Shown piece by piece: positions 54,025-64,000 of a stretch of 64,000 bases of DNA. Source of the stretch: Cyanophora paradoxa CCMP329. Taxonomy: Eukaryota; Plantae; Glaucophyta. Both the position numbers and the translations under genes were made by a program. A model generated the notes under the pieces. That model saw only the letters and a list, made by a program, of their open reading frames with translations. It did no database searches and was not told the DNA's origin. Within the stretch, counting starts at the first letter, position 1, and each line of letters begins with the position of its first letter. The stretch lies in contig QPMI01000684.1 in assembly GCA_004431415.1 (NCBI GenBank), positions 1 through 64,000 on the forward strand, given 5' to 3'.

Positions 54025-54297
54025 ATGGACATAATACGAAAGTTCTTCGAGATGTTCAGTCTGCATGTGGTGAGCAATTGCCACAGTGGATGTTGTGAGA
54101 CAACAGTGGAGTTTGAGATGTCAGATAATGAGGATAATGCCTCAGAAGCAAGAGAGAGAAGGAGATCAACAGTTTCTGTGGAGTCAATGCCAGCAGACCC
54201 CACAGAGTATACATATGAGCAACAGGAGTATCCAAGGAGAAGTTCTTTGCCAGGCGAAAACGTTTTCTCAGCAAATATTAATGGAGGATACAATTAG
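54025..54297 (+). CDS. Small hypothetical protein
   Basis: An ATG ORF (MDIIRKFF...SNCHSGCC) filling the gap between neighbours. Confidence 0.45.
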   Translation: MDIIRKFFEMFSLHVVSNCHSGCCETTVEFEMSDNEDNASEARERRRSTVSVESMPADPTEYTYEQQEYPRRSSLPGENVFSANINGGYN

Positions 54298-54526
54298 TTT
54301 GATCGAGTTTACCAGTGATGAGCCTTTAACTGAGGGTGCTATTAGACACATTCTAGCAAAGCAGAAACGATATAGAGAGGACCCAGAATATAGAGAGTAT
54401 AAAAAGCAGCAAGCCCTGGCATCCTATTATCGCAGAAAAGCCCAAAAAGAGGAGCAGAGACCCAGAGGGAGACCGATTAAATATTATTTGCCTACTGATA
54501 GTAGCAATGGACCCCCAGGTCTATAA
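54281..54526 (+). CDS. Small basic protein with an AT-hook-like PRGRP motif
   Basis: YREDPEYREYKKQQALASYYRRK...RPRGRPIKY. Confidence 0.55.
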   Translation: MEDTISLIEFTSDEPLTEGAIRHILAKQKRYREDPEYREYKKQQALASYYRRKAQKEEQRPRGRPIKYYLPTDSSNGPPGL

Positions 54527-54613
54527 GATAATCGAGAAAAAGCGGTCTCAGTATGCTACTGAGGCAGCTATAAAAATATATACAAAGGAATTGGCTTTAT
54601 ACTTGCAATCAAG

Positions 54614-54835
54614 TCACAGATAACTTTTGTAAATATGCTTTTGTTGTTTTTTGTTTGCATTCTCAGACACTGAAACAGTAATGTGAATGTTAACTGATCT
54701 ATTTCTCTTTGGTTTAGCTGCATACATATTGTAACCTATCAATCTCTGTGACATTTCGATATATGCTCCAATATCTCCATGCTTAATGCATTTATCTAAC
54801 TCAGTCATGGTCATCTCATCAAGAGTCTTTGCCAT
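54614..54835 (-). CDS. Small hypothetical protein (MAKTLDEM...)
   Basis: The ATG at 54835 is preceded by a degenerate copy of the ACTTAA promoter-like motif. Confidence 0.5.
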   Translation of the reverse strand: MAKTLDEMTMTELDKCIKHGDIGAYIEMSQRLIGYNMYAAKPKRNRSVNIHITVSVSENANKKQQKHIYKSYL

Positions 54836-54902
54836 TTTGTCTTCACTATACACAATCAAGTAAGCCTTAAGTATTCTTGTCAAATTTTGGTCTTTTCCGA
54901 TA

Positions 54903-55013
54903 GGTGTCACAGGTGTTCACAGGTTTTTATCGTCCCCTGGTCATTTTTCTTTTTATAGCCCCCTAGATGGGATGGACCTGTGACACCTGTGAACAACACC
55001 ATTTCCAGTAAGG
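54903..55013. promoter_or_regulatory. Third iteron palindrome, candidate replication origin just 3' of the primase-helicase gene
   Basis: GGTGTCACAGGTGTTCACAGG...TTTTTATAG...GGGATGGACCTGTGACACCTGTGA...ACCAT..AGTAAGG has the same architecture as the 37896 and 38081 copies. Confidence 0.6.
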
Positions 55014-55055
55014 CTATAAAAAATACATATACATTTCAATCATAAATCGTTTTGT

Positions 55056-57382
55056 TTAATATTCAACATCCTCTCCATTGTCTTCTTGAACCCTTGTTAT
55101 CTTTCGAAGTCCAATGTAGCCCCTTGCTCTGGTTCCCTGAATTCGTTTAACCTCTGATTTCACATTGAAGATTTCCCTTACTCTCTTCATCACAGAAACA
55201 CATTCAACTTTATCATCGACACTTCTGTATGATTTGTAAATGATATCACTCGAAACAAAGTCGTTTGCATTATGGGTAACTTCGAAATTATCCCTAAGCC
55301 ATTCACCAATCTTATCATTTTCAGCTATAAAGTTTATTCCCTGTTCAATAATCGATTGAGGGGGATTTCTTAAGATCTCTTCAACCTCTTTGTTCTTCCA
55401 CATATCCAGTAATATCTTCATGTGAGCCATCTTATACTCATCATCATTGTGTAGAAGTGTGAACAGTGTTGGGTCAGCTTTCTTCTGACCAGCTTCAGGC
55501 TTCTCTCTGAATATATTATTGAATCTCTGGTATGAAAGTCTTCTTTGAATTGCAAAGTCTGGTTTATTTATAGTCAAATTGTCATTAGTTGTAATGTAAA
55601 CCTGGAACATTGGAGTGAGGATTACTGGGTCTTTGAACAAGGCTCTCACAGTCATTTCATTTCCACCTGTGACCTCCTTAATTTTGGAGATCTGCAGTTT
55701 ATCACCATCTTCAGCCTCATTACTGAATACAAGTCGCTTTCCAAGGAGTTTGGCAAGTTCAGGAGTAGCATCTGATGAGTTCTTTTTAGGTTTGGTCCAA
55801 TAGGATATTTCGAGAGGGCTATAATAAGCCCCTGAAATCTGTTTGCAGTATTCCTGAACAAGTGATTTACCATTTGCCCCAGCACCAGTCCACATGTAGA
55901 ACTTCTGTGATTTTGTTGATCCACTGAGGGCAATTGCAATAGATGCCAGAAGGTAGTTTCGCTCTGCTGGATCATCTACAATCTCTCTATAAATCTGATT
56001 GAGATGGTCTACTTTCTTGGGGTCTACATTCTCAGTATAATCATAACCCACACTCTTGCTCACCATATCTTCCAGTTTCCCCTTTCTGAAAGTCATAGTT
56101 GTCAGATCAAATACACCATTATCGAATCCAATTACATATGGAACTGTATCAATCTTTTCATAGAATTCATCATCATTCAGCAGAGGGAGCAGATCAGTCA
56201 GAAGGGATTTGCGATATCCTGATTGTTTAAGATTTTTGGCAATAGAAATTAATGTTTTCGATTTCTCTTCGAAAGCTGTTCTATTCTCTTCATCCTTCAA
56301 AGCTCTTTGGCTATAATGCACAGCCCTGCCAAGGTATTGAGGGACAACAAGGCAACTTATGTCTAGGTAAATCTTTTGGTTTGTGTCATCATGCTCCCAA
56401 ATCCCAGTATCAGTATTGAGTTTGAACCATGACTTTTTGGAGTATCTCCAAGTATGTTGTAGTACCTCTTTGCACACAAGACTGACATCATAATGAGCGC
56501 CTCCAGAACCAGCGGACTTATCAATGAGATTGAAGATATCAGATTGCATTCCAATGAAGATAAATCGTTTTTTGCAATTGCCACTGTAGCTGGACACAAT
56601 ATACTTTTTATCTTCTCCTTTGGCTTTCATAACATACCAGTTATTCGATTCATGGGACCCATTGCAGCATGGGCAATTAAGTCCCTTATTAGCAGCATCA
56701 AAGTTAAAGCCCAGTTCAGTTTGAGAGATTATATTGGATGCATAAAGCCCATATCCACCAGCTCTTTAAGAATACTCTTTTCCAATGCATCATGTGAGGT
56801 AGCATTAGCAGTATACTCACTCTTATAGATATAGTTCTCTGCAATCCACTTTTTAAACTCATCAGTAGGCTCATTGAAATCACAGGTATCATCCCATGGA
56901 GCAATTACCCAGGTCTTGTTGACACTGGGACAAACATTAATTAATCCAGAAGTTCCAGTTCCAGTGATTGTTTTCAGGTCAACCTTTTCAAAGCCTTTAA
57001 AGCCTGGAGCCTTATCGGTGATTTTGAGTTTAGTGAACTCCTCAGGTCGTTTAAAGTAGACATGATAGCCTTTTTTAGTTTTTGCCATGGGCTGATTGGC
57101 ATCAAAGTCATCAGGAAACATATCCCGGAATTTCTCAAAGTTCTCCTCATCATCAAAGTCAATAACCATCATGTTGTCTGAGAGCAGAATGCCCCAAGAT
57201 ACATACTGATTAGTTGCCAGCGCTTCCTCATACTTTTCCCAGGACCAAGCACCTCCCTTATGCTTGAAAACTGGGTCTTTGCTGTCAGGTTTCACTGGGA
57301 TAATCATGTTTTTGGCGAGTTCCTCATCAGAACGAAGCCAGTTAGCGAGCGATTTGATTAACTTGGTCTGTTTGGCGTTCAT
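55056..57382 (-). CDS. Prim-pol (AEP) primase + Zn finger + D5-type SF3 helicase, split by one frameshift near 56733
   Basis: N-terminal motifs are GILL..MMVIDFD and TKKGYHVYF. The bridging frame gives CPCCNGSHESNN. Then come D5_N IGFDNGVFDL, Walker A GAGANGKS, LVFSNE, IKEVTGG and TTN. Confidence 0.88.
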
Positions 57383-57389
57383 TTTCAGC

Positions 57390-57452
57390 GATTGGGGGTC
57401 CCTTTTATATATATAGAAGATTTTTCTTTAAGTAGTTTTGGGTCCCCCAATC
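57390..57452 (-). promoter_or_regulatory. Conserved promoter-like motif upstream of the primase, enclosed in a 13-bp imperfect inverted repeat
   Basis: The minus strand reads AAAACTACTTAAAGAAAAATCTTCTATATATATAAAAGG. The flanks are GATTGGGGGTCCC and GGGTCCCCCAATC. Confidence 0.7.
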
Positions 57453-57594
57453 ATTTTTGTTGGAAATCGAGAAAGTATCCCTACGAAATTTATCCACATG
57501 ATATATCGAGTGGTTCAGATACAAAAAGGATGAATTGGTATTTCAGCGAATAAACAGCATATCCCCAGCCTAGTAATATGCTGGGAAAAATAAT

Positions 57595-57849
57595 TTAGAC
57601 ATGTTTCGATTTTCTCCCTCTGTTTGAGTAAGGGACATCATACAAATATTTGACAAAGCAGACTGCATTGGCTGCATACTTTCGCTGACATGAACTTGCT
57701 ATTTTCATGGCTCTATAGGTATCATCGGTTTGATATAGATCTCTTAGCTGTGTGGCTATTTTTTCGTTAAACTTTTTGATTTGAGCCTTACCTTTTTCAG
57801 TTTGCTGGTACCTCTTCATAGCTCTCTTCTGGGCTTCACTGAGTGGCAT
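57595..57849 (-). CDS. Small basic hypothetical protein
   Basis: MPLSEAQKRAMKRYQQTEKGK..., with the promoter-like motif at 57865-57898. Confidence 0.65.
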   Translation of the reverse strand: MPLSEAQKRAMKRYQQTEKGKAQIKKFNEKIATQLRDLYQTDDTYRAMKIASSCQRKYAANAVCFVKYLYDVPYSNRGRKSKHV

Positions 57850-57905
57850 TTTTCCTCTGTCTCTCTTAATATATATAGAGAATTCTTTAAATCATTTTTT
57901 GTTCT

Positions 57906-58724
57906 TTAACCTCTCTGTCCAAATCTCTCAATATACATAAGTTTGAAATGCTTACCTAGCAATGCTACAAATGGTTCGATTTCCAAGGTCTCCCATGTTT
58001 TCTTGTCCTTATTCCATCTGCAATCTAATCCTTTTGCGATATCTTTTTTAAGAAAAGGCACCTGAAACCCAGCAACCAATGTGTTTGTTGTACTGAGTTC
58101 TGCATACATTTCAATCAATGCAGATCTACCCTCTCTGAACCTCTCTATATCATCTCTGCGAAGATTATCCATTTTTGGAATGAACTGGTTGCACCAAATC
58201 AGGAAAAGATTAACTGCATGTCTATTCCTTGCTCTTTCTTGTTCTAATTCTCTCTGCCTTCGCTCTCTTTCTTCTAATTCAAGTTGTTTCTTTCGCTCCT
58301 CTGCTTCTTTCTGGATTTGCTTTTTTCTTTCCAATTCCTCCTCCTTTATGATAATCCTGCACTTATTGCAGAAATTATCCTTACGGTTTTTATGTCGATC
58401 TCCGCATTTCTTGCATATATCTTCCCTCCTTGCACCATTTGGCATAAATCGTTTAATGCAGCAGTTGCCAACAAGAACCACAATCTTTTTATCCACATGC
58501 AAGATGTAGCATTGTTCTTCAATATGATGCTTGCAAGCACAGCTGTTTGAGTGTGGAGGAAGGCTTTCGTGAGTCAAATCATACTTTGCAAGTTTCAAAT
58601 ACAAAGAGTTCATATATTTGCTTCTCCCCAAAGCGACAAAGTCTTTAAAGTTATTAGATCCACAAAGAAACATTAATGTAGCCTTCAAGCGTTCCAGAGA
58701 AGATGTTGCTTTGTTCTCTGCCAT
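57906..58724 (-). CDS. Cys-rich zinc-binding protein with coiled coil and DUF5710-like C-terminus
   Basis: CACKHHIEEQCYI...VGNCCIKRF, C..C.......FC..C, and VPFLKKDIAKGLDCRWNKDKKTW. Confidence 0.7.
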   Translation of the reverse strand: MAENKATSSLERLKATLMFLCGSNNFKDFVALGRSKYMNSLYLKLAKYDLTHESLPPHSNSCACKHHIEEQCYILHVDKKIVVLVGNCCIKRFMPNGARREDICKKCGDRHKNRKDNFCNKCRIIIKEEELERKKQIQKEAEERKKQLELEERERRQRELEQERARNRHAVNLFLIWCNQFIPKMDNLRRDDIERFREGRSALIEMYAELSTTNTLVAGFQVPFLKKDIAKGLDCRWNKDKKTWETLEIEPFVALLGKHFKLMYIERFGQRG

Positions 58725-58728
58725 TGTC

Positions 58729-58766
58729 CTTTTATATATATAGAAGATATTTCTTTAAGTAGTTTT
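58729..58766 (-). promoter_or_regulatory. Promoter-like motif copy upstream of 58724
   Basis: AAAACTACTTAAAGAAATATCTTCTATATATATAAAAGG is nearly identical to the copy at 57401-57439. Confidence 0.7.
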
Positions 58767-58835
58767 CATCAAATTTTTGCGTTCGGAATATCCCCATTTA
58801 AAACCTCCCCTTTTAGTAGGAACAAGTTAGGAACT

Positions 58836-61800
58836 ATGCCCCGAATTAGCAACAGACTCATTAGAGAGAAGAAATGGGAACTCATGGGATTACTGGGAAC
58901 ACTGTATGCAGCCCATGAAATTACAGAGGCTGAATATGACCGGGAAATCGGATTTATTTCAAGGGGCAGACCCACTTTAGCGAAATTAACCAGAAAAGCC
59001 AATAACCTCTATGATAAAGTTGAAACTCTTGATGAACTCGATCGCCTGAGGCAAATAGAACCAGAGGCAGAAGATGGTACAGCAATGAATGAATTATATC
59101 GCTGGCTCACTTACAGAGCCAGAAGGGAAGTTGTTGTTGATGTGATTGAATATTTAGATAGAATTGCAACCTCTCTACCAAAACGTTTAAGAGACAGTCT
59201 AGATCAATTCAGGGCAATCAAAGTTCGCTTATCGTTTATCTGCAAGTTCGTAAAAGTCAGCAATCCACAGGTTTGGATATCGAAATACATTTACAGCGAT
59301 TATTTTGTATTAACCAAATCGAGAAATATTCGAACTGAGCTGAATAAAGCAGCCCAAATGTGTCAGGAGCAGATGAATGTTGTTGATAGCTATCGATTGG
59401 AGAGAATCGAAATGCTCAGAGTTGCTATTATGAGTTATGCCCCAACTGGTGGTTGCTATGTTAAAACACCTGATTCAATTGCAGCCAAGAGAGCCACAGT
59501 GAATATTCGAAATATTGATGATTCTTGCTTCGAAAATGCAGTTTTGGCATGGATCCATAGGAAAGATGTGAATTCCCACAAGAGAAGTGAGCTAACACAA
59601 TATCGCAAATGGAAATACTCACCAACTACATACAATCCTCTGGCTCTCAATTTCGATAACATCCCATTCCCTGTTCCCTGTGATGCTGAAATCATTGATA
59701 AATTCGAATCTCAAAATGCAGGCATCAGCATAAACATATTTGGAATGGATCGAGATGTTATATATCCCCTACATCAATCCAGCAACCCAGGCAGAAAGCA
59801 AAAGATTAATCTCATGCTCATTCATGATGATGAAGGGAATGGTCACTATATTACAATCATGTCCCTTTCAAGACTTCTCAGAGTTGCCCTTGATAAAACC
59901 AAGGATCAAAAGTTACACTACTGTGACACATGCTTATCTCGATTCAGGTCTGAGGCTAAACTCACTGCTCATGTGGACTCAAACAGATGCATTGATTGGA
60001 GACTCTCAAAGGGAATCACTCCTAAGCCTGAGACCACCATAGAGTTTGGACTGAAAAACCTCAGGAAAACTGTGTGGCTTCCTGTTGTGGTATACTGCAA
60101 GATTGAACATAGAAGCATCCCCATTGATGCATCAAAATCCAAGAGAGAAGTCTCAGCAGTCAACATAAGAATAGTCACTGGGGCAGATGTTCAAGATTTT
60201 CGATTTGAGGGGCAGGATCCAATGGGAGGTCTGTTTGAATGCTTGGAGTCCAAAGCAAGAGAACTAATCGATTTCCTGTTTACCAATATTCCCATGAATG
60301 AACTCACAGATGAGCAGAAAGCAATTTACAAGGCTACTAAACACTGTTACCTTTGCAGTGAGAGGTTCACTAAGGAAAACTTCAAATGCAGGGATCATGA
60401 TCATCACACAGGCAATTATATTGCTCCTGCATGCAGAAACTGTAATCTACATAGGAGAATCTCAAAGCAAACCAAAGTTGCAGTTGTTGTTGACCAAATG
60501 GATGAATGTGGGACATTCATTTTCAGAAAAATAGCAGGCATGGGTGATAAAAAGCGAATCGAAATCCTTTCGAAAAACTTTGATCAATACCTTTCATTGC
60601 AATGGGGTCTTTACAAGTTCATTGATGCAAGTAATTTTATGGACTTTGGGGCTGCTGATGTAGATGACTTAATGGACAAATTCCAAGCCTTCAGAAGGCT
60701 TTCACACTCAGTATATGGATTGGACCCAGTTCATTATGTATCTGCACCTGGGTTATCTTGGGATGCTATGCTTAGGACCACCAAGGCAAAAATAGAGCTT
60801 ATAAGTGATGTAGAGCAATACGAATTTGTTGAGAGGGAATCAGGGGTGGCTTTGCAACAATGCCTTGTAGGTATGCTGAGGCTGATGGTGAGAACTCCCA
60901 TATTATGCTGTTTGATGCTAACAACTTGTATGGCTACTGCTTGAGTCAGCCTATTCCAGTTGGTGATTTTAGATGGGAGACCGAATTCAACCCACAAGAT
61001 AACAGATCCAGTTTCCTGGAAGTTGATCTGGATTACCCAATTAGGCTGTTTCTAGATCACAGTGATTTCCCCCTAATTATAAACAAGAAAATAGTAGAAT
61101 ATGCAGAATTATCACAATATCAAAAGAGCCTATTGGATCTCTCAGGAGAAGAGCTTGATAAGACCCCTAAGCTAACTGCAACCTTTGGTTCTGTGACAAA
61201 CTATGTGATTTCTGAGCCTCTTCTACAGTATATTCTGACCAAAGGTGTGAAACTAAAGAAGTTCACAGGGTCCTATCATTTACTGTGGCTCCTGTAATGA
61301 AACCCTACATTGAGCTGAACACTGATATGAGAAGGAAAGCAGTGAATAAATTCGAGGCTGATTTCTATAAACTCATGAATAACTCAATCTATGGGAAATG
61401 CATTGAATCATGTAGAGGTAGATCTGTGGTTAAGATTGCCAACAGTGAGAAACTGTTTATGAAATATGCAGCCTCTCCTTTAGTGAAATCAACAAGTCCC
61501 ATAAGTGAAAGGGCAGTTGCCTTTGAGTTTTACACAAAGCATGTGAAGCTAGATAAGCCTGTTGCAATTGGGGCTTATGTTTTGGATGCAGCCAAACTGC
61601 ATAATTACAAGTTCTTCTATGATACTGTAGGTCCCAGTGGTCCAAAGCCAAGTTACTATTCCATGATACTGATTCCTTTTGTCTATACATCGAATCTAAG
61701 ACCCTTGAAAAGATATAGAGAATATATCCTATGCATTAGACCTTGGAGGGATTCAAGAATGACCCCAGGTAAATACAAAAATGAGATGCCAGGTTCTGCT

Positions 61801-62076
61801 ATATTGGAGTATGTAGGTCTGAGAGCCAAAGTTTACAGTTTCAGAACTGCTGAGATTGAGAGAAGTAAGCTATCTGGGACTTCCACTGAGGAACTCCAAT
61901 TCAATGATTTTAAGGAGTGTTTATTTGCAGGTATCAGCAAGACTGTGACTGCAAAGCAGAAAAGAAGGGCAGATCACACAATAATAGATACTGTGAGTAG
62001 AAGGGTTGCCCTAAACTGCTTTGATGCAAAGAGATACATCTTACCAGATGGTATTAATTCTGTTCCTTTTAATTAA
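58836..62076 (+). CDS. polB: Protein-primed family B DNA polymerase (Maverick-type), frameshifted
   Basis: Motifs: N.DD.CF..AV, GHY..I..LSRL, C..CL..F, an endonuclease VII-like RDHDH.TG.Y...C..CN, LDPVHY...PGLSWDAML, GIRGG (after a shift), DANNLYG, KLMNNSIYGK, HDTDS (alternate frame, 61662-61676), GLRAKVYS and FDAKR. Confidence 0.92.
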
Positions 62077-62079
62077 GAG

Positions 62080-63464
62080 ATGCCAGCAACTGGAAGAATA
62101 GTAAGGAGAACCACTGAGCAACTGCAAGGTAACCTACTGCCTATCACAGTTCCAAAGGAGGAAAAAGGGGAATCTCGAATTGTCAAAAAGTCTGAGATGA
62201 AAGAGCTTGTCCCAGTAGAGATCCCAGTTGCTATTGCAGTGAAAGAAACTAGCAAGATTGCCAAGAGATTCTATGATGTGAGAACTGGTTACAAAGGGCT
62301 TCAAGCTATGAGGGCTGAGTTACCAGATGAATCCTATAAGCAGTTGCAAGAGTTCTATAAAAAACAGGAAGTTGTTCAGATCAATGCACCTGCTATATCT
62401 AGGAAGAGAGATCCCATGGTTCCAATAAGGCAACCCCTTGATACCTATGTGATTGATTTGCTCTTTTTCCCAGCTTATAAGAAACAAAACAATGGCTATG
62501 ATACCTTTATGACTGCAATGGAATCAACACTGAGAACTGGGTATATCATACCAATAAGAGATAAATCAGCTCTCACTACATTGGCTGCATTTAAACAGCT
62601 TGAGATGAGAGTAGCAAGACCCATAGTAAAGGTTCAATCAGATGCTGGGAGTGAATTCCAAAATCGAATATTCCAGGAGTATTTATCTAGTAAATACATA
62701 GAACACCAAGTGAGTGGAACTGCAGACCATAGGAGCCAAGGTCGAATTGAAGCCTTTAACAAGCAGATTAAGAGATTGATCACAAACTACTGCATTGCAA
62801 TAATACAGCTAGATTCTTTGATGTGTTAGGTGATATTGAGTATAATTACAATAATACAGTTCACTCAGCTACTAAGATGAAGCCAGGTGAAACTACAGAG
62901 GAGCATTATAGGTATATAGTAGGATTAGAAGATGAAAGATTCAAGAAATCAATAGCTTATCTTGATACCATGCAGCCTGGCATGTTTGTTAGAGTGAAAG
63001 TGGAGAAGAATCCCTTTGCTAAACAGGGTAACAATTGGTCTAGGATGGTTTACACTGTTGATAGTAGAGAAGGCTTTAAGTTTAAGCTAAAGAGTCCCAC
63101 TGGAGAGATCATAGATAACAGGTTTGCTTTCCATGAGCTGTTGCCTGTGAATGCAGTTGAGTATCTGGAAACCCCTACAGTAGATGCCTTAGAGCAAGCT
63201 AAAGAGGAAGCTAGGGTTGATGCTGCTATAAGAAGAGAGGGCATAGAAGCTGCTAATGAAGTCCCAGATAAGCCTTTGATAGAGGCTAGAAAGGAGAAGG
63301 CTGGCAAAGTTAACAGGGAACTCAAAAAGCTCACTATAGCAGGAACACAGAAACTTTCAGAAGTGAATAGCCAGAGATGGTATAATGACTTTCAGACTAC
63401 TAAGGAGTCATATACAGCCCCTAAACCTCAAAGAACACTAAGAGAAAGGACCAAAACTAGCTAG
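62080..63464 (+). CDS. Retroviral-like (RVE, DDE) integrase, one frameshift near 62799
   Basis: The catalytic triad lies in VIDLL, QSDAGSEF and GRIEAFNK. The continuation YNNTVHSATKMKP and VRV...F.K...NWS..VY.V is typical of Maverick integrases. Confidence 0.9.
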
Positions 63465-64000
63465 TTTGCTAGGCGAAAACTCGTTTTTTCCAAATATATG
63501 TATGACTGATATACATATATGCATATGATATACACATTGTCTTGTAGATCTTTTCAAGCGCTTCACAGCGATATGCAGAACGTTGCGATTTGATAATCTG
63601 GTGATGAGATACAAGCGTTTGAAGATGCCGATTATCGATTTTTCGAGATTTCGGAATGATGCATCATAATGATGTAATAATGATGTATCATAAACACATA
63701 ACATATATATATCGCCGTGATCGTCATGATCTCCCGAGTTCGATGGTGTGTCATATATATCATATACATATGCATCGTCATTATGACATCATTTCGTAAC
63801 ATAACACGTCCGTCATCGTCTTTTTTCCGCAGCGAACAGATAAGTGAACAGTTAACGAGACAACTATTGTAATAGTGTACTGCAACAACAATTGAAAACA
63901 AGATATGCGGGAAAGCTATTGAAAGACAATGAAGCAAATTGCGAACAATTAAGTGAACAGTTAAGTGGACACCTGTTGGGAGTAGGCAGTGTCTACTCGT

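Larger units (their letters stand above)
37360..63464. mobile_element. Endogenous Polinton-like / Maverick-type dsDNA virus (at least 26 kb; right end not identified)
   Basis: An abrupt GC-rich to AT-rich switch occurs at ~37360. Densely packed intronless ORFs encode MCP, minor capsid-like proteins, A32 ATPase, pPolB, RVE integrase and D5 helicase. Confidence 0.93.

Noticed and set aside
37897-54991. Iteron units as terminal inverted repeats or invertase sites of a nested element
   Set aside because: Each unit is itself palindromic and the asymmetric ACCAT..AGTAAGG tail shows all three are in direct orientation. No target-site duplication or site-specific recombinase was seen.
37360-64000. 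Bacterial prophage or contaminant contig
   Set aside because: The A32 ATPase, jelly-roll capsid genes, Maverick-type pPolB and RVE integrase indicate a eukaryotic virus. No terminase or portal is present. A chimeric join still needs read support to be excluded.

Overview
Eukaryotic (protist or algal type) DNA with three layers. (1) Bases ~1-37358 are very GC-rich host DNA with many short introns. They carry the 5' part of a secreted CUB-domain gene and what looks like one very large minus-strand cell-surface protein gene. That gene has a signal peptide at 37358, three kelch-like/FN3 modules, an FN3 array, propeller/kelch and Ig-like blocks, and a TRP/Flc-like multi-pass C-terminus ending near 2.5 kb. 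(2) A 12.66-kb LTR retroelement (14329-26989) sits inside a ~69-bp intron of that gene. Its 283-bp LTRs are identical by eye and it has an AGGAA target-site duplication. Its interior is a decayed Ty3/gypsy-like pol packed with short palindromes. (3) From 37360 to at least 63464 lies an AT-rich endogenous Polinton-like/Maverick-type DNA virus. It encodes a major capsid protein, two minor capsid-like proteins, an A32 packaging ATPase, a 2006-aa phage-like fibre with an S74 chaperone, a patatin-discoidin lipase, an S-adenosylmethionine decarboxylase, a prim-pol/D5-SF3 primase-helicase, a protein-primed PolB with an eroded exonuclease region and an RVE integrase. The strongest candidates for novelty are the virus's apparent dual replication system with three iteron-like palindromic origins, its SAM decarboxylase, its context-specific CpG loss, and the palindrome-inflated retroelement. 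All calls are by-eye motif recognition. No database searches were run.
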